Shown here piece by piece: positions 58,899-64,000 of a DNA stretch of 64,000 nt. The DNA comes from Eledone cirrhosa. Lineage: Eukaryota. The stretch lies in NCBI GenBank assembly GCA_964016885.1, contig OZ024753.1, positions 38,440,001-38,504,000 of the forward strand, given 5' to 3'. Under the pieces are notes generated by a model. It was given only the letters and a program-made list of their open reading frames with translations, had not been told where the DNA came from and did not search any database. Within the stretch, counting starts at the first letter, position 1. Every line of letters begins with the position of its first letter. The translations under genes were made by a program, and so were the position numbers.

Positions 58899-59102
58899 CC
58901 ACGATCCACCACAACCACCACCACCACCACCACCACCACCGCCACCAGCACGATCCACCACCAGCACGACCACCACCACGATCCACCACCACCACCACCA
59001 CCACCACCACCACCACCACCACCAACCACCAACCACCACCACCACGATCCACCACAACCACCACCACCACCACGATCCACCACCACCACCACCAGCACCA
59101 CA

Positions 59103-59133
<31 letters not shown>

Positions 59134-59522
59134 CCACGATCCACCACAACCACCACCACCACCGCCACCAGCACGATCCACCACCAGCACGACCACCACC
59201 ACGATCCACCACCACCACCACCACCACCACCACCACCAACCACCAACCACCACGATCCACCACAACCACCACCAGCAGCACGATCCACCACCACCACCAC
59301 CAACCACCACCACCACCACCACTTCTTTGTCTGTAAAACTGCAGCCAATTCATTCCTTGTAACAAATAAATCCAATCTGACCTCTGTCCGTTCTCAGAGA
59401 CGGCCATTGCATTGCATTTGCTATCATAATCGTTATTGTTATTGTTACGGTTCTTCTTCTTCTTCTTCTTCTTCTTCTTCTTCTTCTTCTTCTTCTTCTT
59501 CTTCTTCTTCTTCTTCTTCTTC

Positions 59523-59580
<58 letters not shown>

Positions 59581-59595
59581 CCATCATCATCATCA
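58058..59595. repeat. (CCA)n with cacgatc interruptions, then (TTC)n(ATC)n
   Basis: Directly visible. Confidence 0.9.
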
Positions 59596-59783
59596 GTGTG
59601 TGCTTTTGTTTTGTATATGCGTGCGAATATCATCTTTGTATGTGCGTGTGGTTTTTTGTGTGTGTGTTTGTGTACCTGCGTGTTACTGTATGTGTGTGTG
59701 TGTGTGTGTGTGTGGTGTGATTATTATCTATGTGTGTATGTTTGTATATGTGTTTTTTTGTGTATGTATATGTGATTATGCAA

Positions 59784-60072
<289 letters not shown>

Positions 60073-60524
60073 GTGTGTGCCACCATCGAGACGACGGTCG
60101 GTCTAGTTTTTCTTCCAATGTGTCCAGCTGTCGAAAATATAATCATCTCAAGTCGGCCATTATTTAACCATCTGATAAAAACCTGTTAACCTCATAATTG
60201 ATAGCCAAATTGTTGGGGCGTGAAAAACTGTCGATTTCTGAGCGATCAGCTTGGCCTGACATTTATACGAAGCAAATCTAGCTTGGCCCTGACAATACTA
60301 TATAAATACACACACACACAACTTGACACCCACACAGATACATACACATACACACACATACACACACATGTATATGTATATATTCACCCCCCCCATATAT
60401 ATATATATATGTATATATATACATATATACATATATACGTACATACATATATATATATATATATGTGCGTGTGTATATGTATATGTATTTATGTATATAT
60501 ACATATGTATAGGTGTGTTTGTGA

Positions 60525-60593
<69 letters not shown>

Positions 60594-60681
60594 CGTATAT
60601 ATCTACACACACACACATATATATATATATGTAGTAATAATAATAAATGCGATTCTTAGCTAAAACTATAATCTGCTTTTT

Positions 60682-60758
<77 letters not shown>

Positions 60759-61020
60759 GCATACACACTCACACATATATATGTGTGTGTATGTGTATAT
60801 GGATGTGTATATATGTATGGATGTGTATATGTGTATATATGTATATCTGTATATGTGTATATGTGTATATGTGTATATGTGTATATGCATGTGCAAATAT
60901 ATAAAAACGAATTGTCCGAGCGATAACCAAACGTCCATAATTGACTATATTCATTGCTCTCCCCCTCTCTCCCCCGTCTCTCAGTCCCTGCCCCTCTCTC
61001 TTTAACCTCAACGTTTTCAG

Positions 61021-61119
61021 GTAACAAATGAAAACCATGGAAGCAGAAGACAAGGAGATATATCGGACGGATTGGTTCAGACAAAGGGGACTGCTACATG
61101 GAGAAGAAAAAATAAATAA
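61021..61119 (+). other. Candidate terminal exon
   Basis: Polypyrimidine tract and ttttcag acceptor at 61020; phase-0 frame VTNENHGSRRQGDISDGLVQTKGTATWRRKNK*; AATAAA at 61217; no recognisable homology. Confidence 0.2.
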
Positions 61120-61587
61120 TGGCTGCTTTATAGAAGCGACCACGATAAAGGTGACTACACGGAGGTTAACATAAAGGAGCCACACAGAGGCCAACTAACA
61201 TAAAGGAGTTACACCGAATAAAAGAAATGTATAAACAAATAAATATATAAATGAATGAACGGAGACTTAACACTTCAAAATGGCGTCAATACTTATCGAA
61301 TTGAACGAGAAGATATGGAGAAGAATGTGAAGCAATACGAGAAGACTACGAGAAACAGAAGTGATGTATCTATTTATCACGAGACACGCAGAAGCACATA
61401 TTTCATATTTTTACTGATATAACAGAGAGATCTATCGGACATCTGAGCAGATACAGTATAGAATAATGACCAGTTGACTAAGGGGTCAATGGCTTATATC
61501 CTGTAATGGGTGACTGTGTTGTCACCTAAGTCACCATATTTAACCCCCCATCCTAAACGATAACGCGGATATGTTGCTGTTATTATT

Positions 61588-61978
61588 TGGATTGGCAGTA
61601 TCGGTAGAGGGTCGAACGCCATGCTTTGACTCATGGAGTTACGGCCCTTGCCATTCTGAGTTCAAATCCCGCCGAGGTTAACTTTGCCTTTCATCCTAAC
61701 GGGGTCGATAAAATAAAGTACCAGTAATGTACTGGGTAATTGTGCCAAAAGTAGAAACAATTATTATTCGATTGGCAGTATCGGCAGAGGGTCGGACGCC
61801 ATGCTTTGCAGCATAGAGTTACGGCCCTTTATGATCTGAGTTCAAATCCCACCGAAGTTAACTTTGCCTTTCATCCTTATGTGGTCGATAAAATAAAGTA
61901 CCAGTCACGCATTGGGTCGATTTAATCGACTTTCCCCTCTCCCAAAACTGATGGCTTGTGCCTATATAAGAAACCATC
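61588..61978 (+). mobile_element. Two tandem Nin-type SINEs (61588-61765 and 61770-61978)
   Basis: Both carry gattggcagtatcgg, gagttcaaatccc and actttgcctttcatcct..gtcgataaaataaagtaccagt. Confidence 0.9.
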
Positions 61979-61979
61979 G

Positions 61980-62310
61980 TTGTTGGAATCTCTTCGTTTC
62001 CGACGACGAGTGTTCGAATTGTTCAAACAGCGGAATAGCCTGCTCGTGAAATTAACGTGTAAATGGCTGAGCATTTATTCCATTAATACTTGTGCCCTTT
62101 ACGTAGTTCTCATGGAGATTCGGCACGACACAGTGTCCGAGAAAGCTGGCTCTCTGAATCACAGGTACAATTCATTTTTTTTGCGTGATGTGTGGACTAC
62201 AGCAACATGATATAAAGTGTCATGATCAATGGCATTACGCACCCCCGAGAACTCACAACGTTACGATCCTAAGAAAAACACCTTAATCACTAAACTATGT
62301 GTCATCACTG
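61980..62310 (-). mobile_element. CORE-type SINE, diverged
   Basis: Reverse complement colinear with 9272-9608. Confidence 0.7.
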
Positions 62311-62417
62311 AAAGATGAAATAATTCAGCGTTCAAAGCAGAATTTTCGGGGCAAAATTGACAACGCATTCATTGGTTCAGGCTTGTAGTGAGTCCAAATT
62401 CTTTCGCGAGAAAAGTT

Positions 62418-62715
62418 ACGCTCGACGAGCGATGAACAAAGATCGGAGAACGACGAGTGACAAACGACTGTCCACGAGCGACTAACAACGAACGATGAAC
62501 AACGAACAACGGGTGACGAGTGATGATAGACGAGCAACAAACGACGAACAACGAGCGATGATCGAAAAAAGACGAACAACGATCGGCGAGTGACGAGCGA
62601 CGAACGATAATCGACAAGTGACGAGCGGGGAGCGACAAACGACGAGCGAGATACGAACGACGAACGACGTTTGGCAAGTAACGAGATACGAACAAGGAAA
62701 TACGAGGAACGTACG
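62418..62715. repeat. CpG-rich ACGA-based low-complexity repeat
   Basis: Recurring acgacga/acgagcga/acgaaca words. Confidence 0.8.
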
Positions 62716-63063
62716 ACACGTGTCTCCCTTCCACTTACATCTCTATGATAATACTTCGATCTTCATATCAGTGTCAACTACAAATCAAACATTACACCAA
62801 TATAAAGAAAAGGAAACATTACCAGTAAGGTGACATATTCAGTTATCAGGTTGCTATTGTCTTTATTGTCTGTATTGTGTGTTCTGTGTGTTGTGTGTGT
62901 TGTTTGTGTTCTGTGTGTTGTGTGTGTTGTGTGTGTTGTTTGTGTCATTTGTGTATTCGCTTGGTAATTAGTTTCTTTGCTACTGGATGCCTCTATTTAT
63001 GTATCATGTAGCTAACTAGAAAGCTGATAAGTTTTACACAGAAAACGGACGTAAATGTCATCT

Positions 63064-63137
<74 letters not shown>

Positions 63138-63259
63138 TTGTTTGTGTGTGCGTGTTTGTGAGTGTGTGTTTGCGTGTGTGTGTGTGTGTATATATCTTAT
63201 ATCTTCTAAGTAATGACTGTGATTTCGAAGTTTCAGCCTAGTGGCTTCCTTTGGTCGGA

Positions 63260-63499
63260 GGCCAGAATACAGCAGATTTCTTTCAGAGAAGGATAGAGAG
63301 AGTGAGATAGAGGAAGTGAAAAGGAGACACAGAGGAAGAATCGACCCAAGTAATAGACTGGTACTGTTTCTATTGACCTTAAATGGATGAAAGGCAAAGT
63401 TGACCACGTCGGGATTTGAACTCAGAGAGTAAAGAGCCGAAACAAATGCTATAAAACATTATATCCGACATTCTAACGACTAAGCCAATTCGCCGCCTA

Positions 63500-63500
<1 letters not shown>
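63260..63500 (-). mobile_element. Nin-type SINE, extended-tail subfamily
   Basis: Reverse complement begins aggcggcgaattggcttagtcg, contains gagttcaaatccc and actttgcctttcatcc. Confidence 0.8.
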
Positions 63501-63549
<49 letters not shown>

Positions 63550-63554
63550 CACAC

Positions 63555-63618
<64 letters not shown>

Positions 63619-63619
63619 T

Positions 63620-63655
<36 letters not shown>

Positions 63656-63736
63656 TATATATATATATGTACATACATATATATATATATATACACACAC
63701 ACATATATATATGTACATACATATATATATATACAT

Positions 63737-63859
<123 letters not shown>

Positions 63860-64000
63860 ACCACATAGGCACACATATCACACTACAATACATTCAATGT
63901 GTTTATGTCCTCCATTTTCTGCTGGTGGTCAACATCAGACACACCGGAACCGGAACAAAATGATTTATAAAAAAAATTAACAAACATACAAAGAAAAGGA

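Overview
Eukaryotic, AT-rich, essentially non-coding DNA dominated by microsatellites ((TA)n, (CA)n, (TATG)n, (GA)n, (GATA)n, (CCA)n, (GAT)n, (TTG)n). The tRNA-headed SINE families and the repeat landscape point to an octopod cephalopod genome; this is my inference, not a database result. No intact protein-coding gene can be supported, and nearly all supplied ORFs are translations of simple repeats. Between the microsatellites lie SINEs (Nin-type and CORE-type), decayed LINE 3' fragments (Tx1/L1-like in (TATC)n, RTE-like) and a Tc1/mariner-type MITE. The most striking signal is a dense set of short, mutually unrelated non-coding cassettes, most of them embedded in (TA)n tracts, that carry type I hammerhead ribozyme (HHR) folds. 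There are about 7-9 sequence families, two of which have the compensatory U3:A8 core. They occur as partial tandem units (one starts at the predicted self-cleavage site) and as fold-back inverted dimers, as expected for non-autonomous Penelope-like elements or retrozymes. All folds were paired by eye; none was computed or tested.
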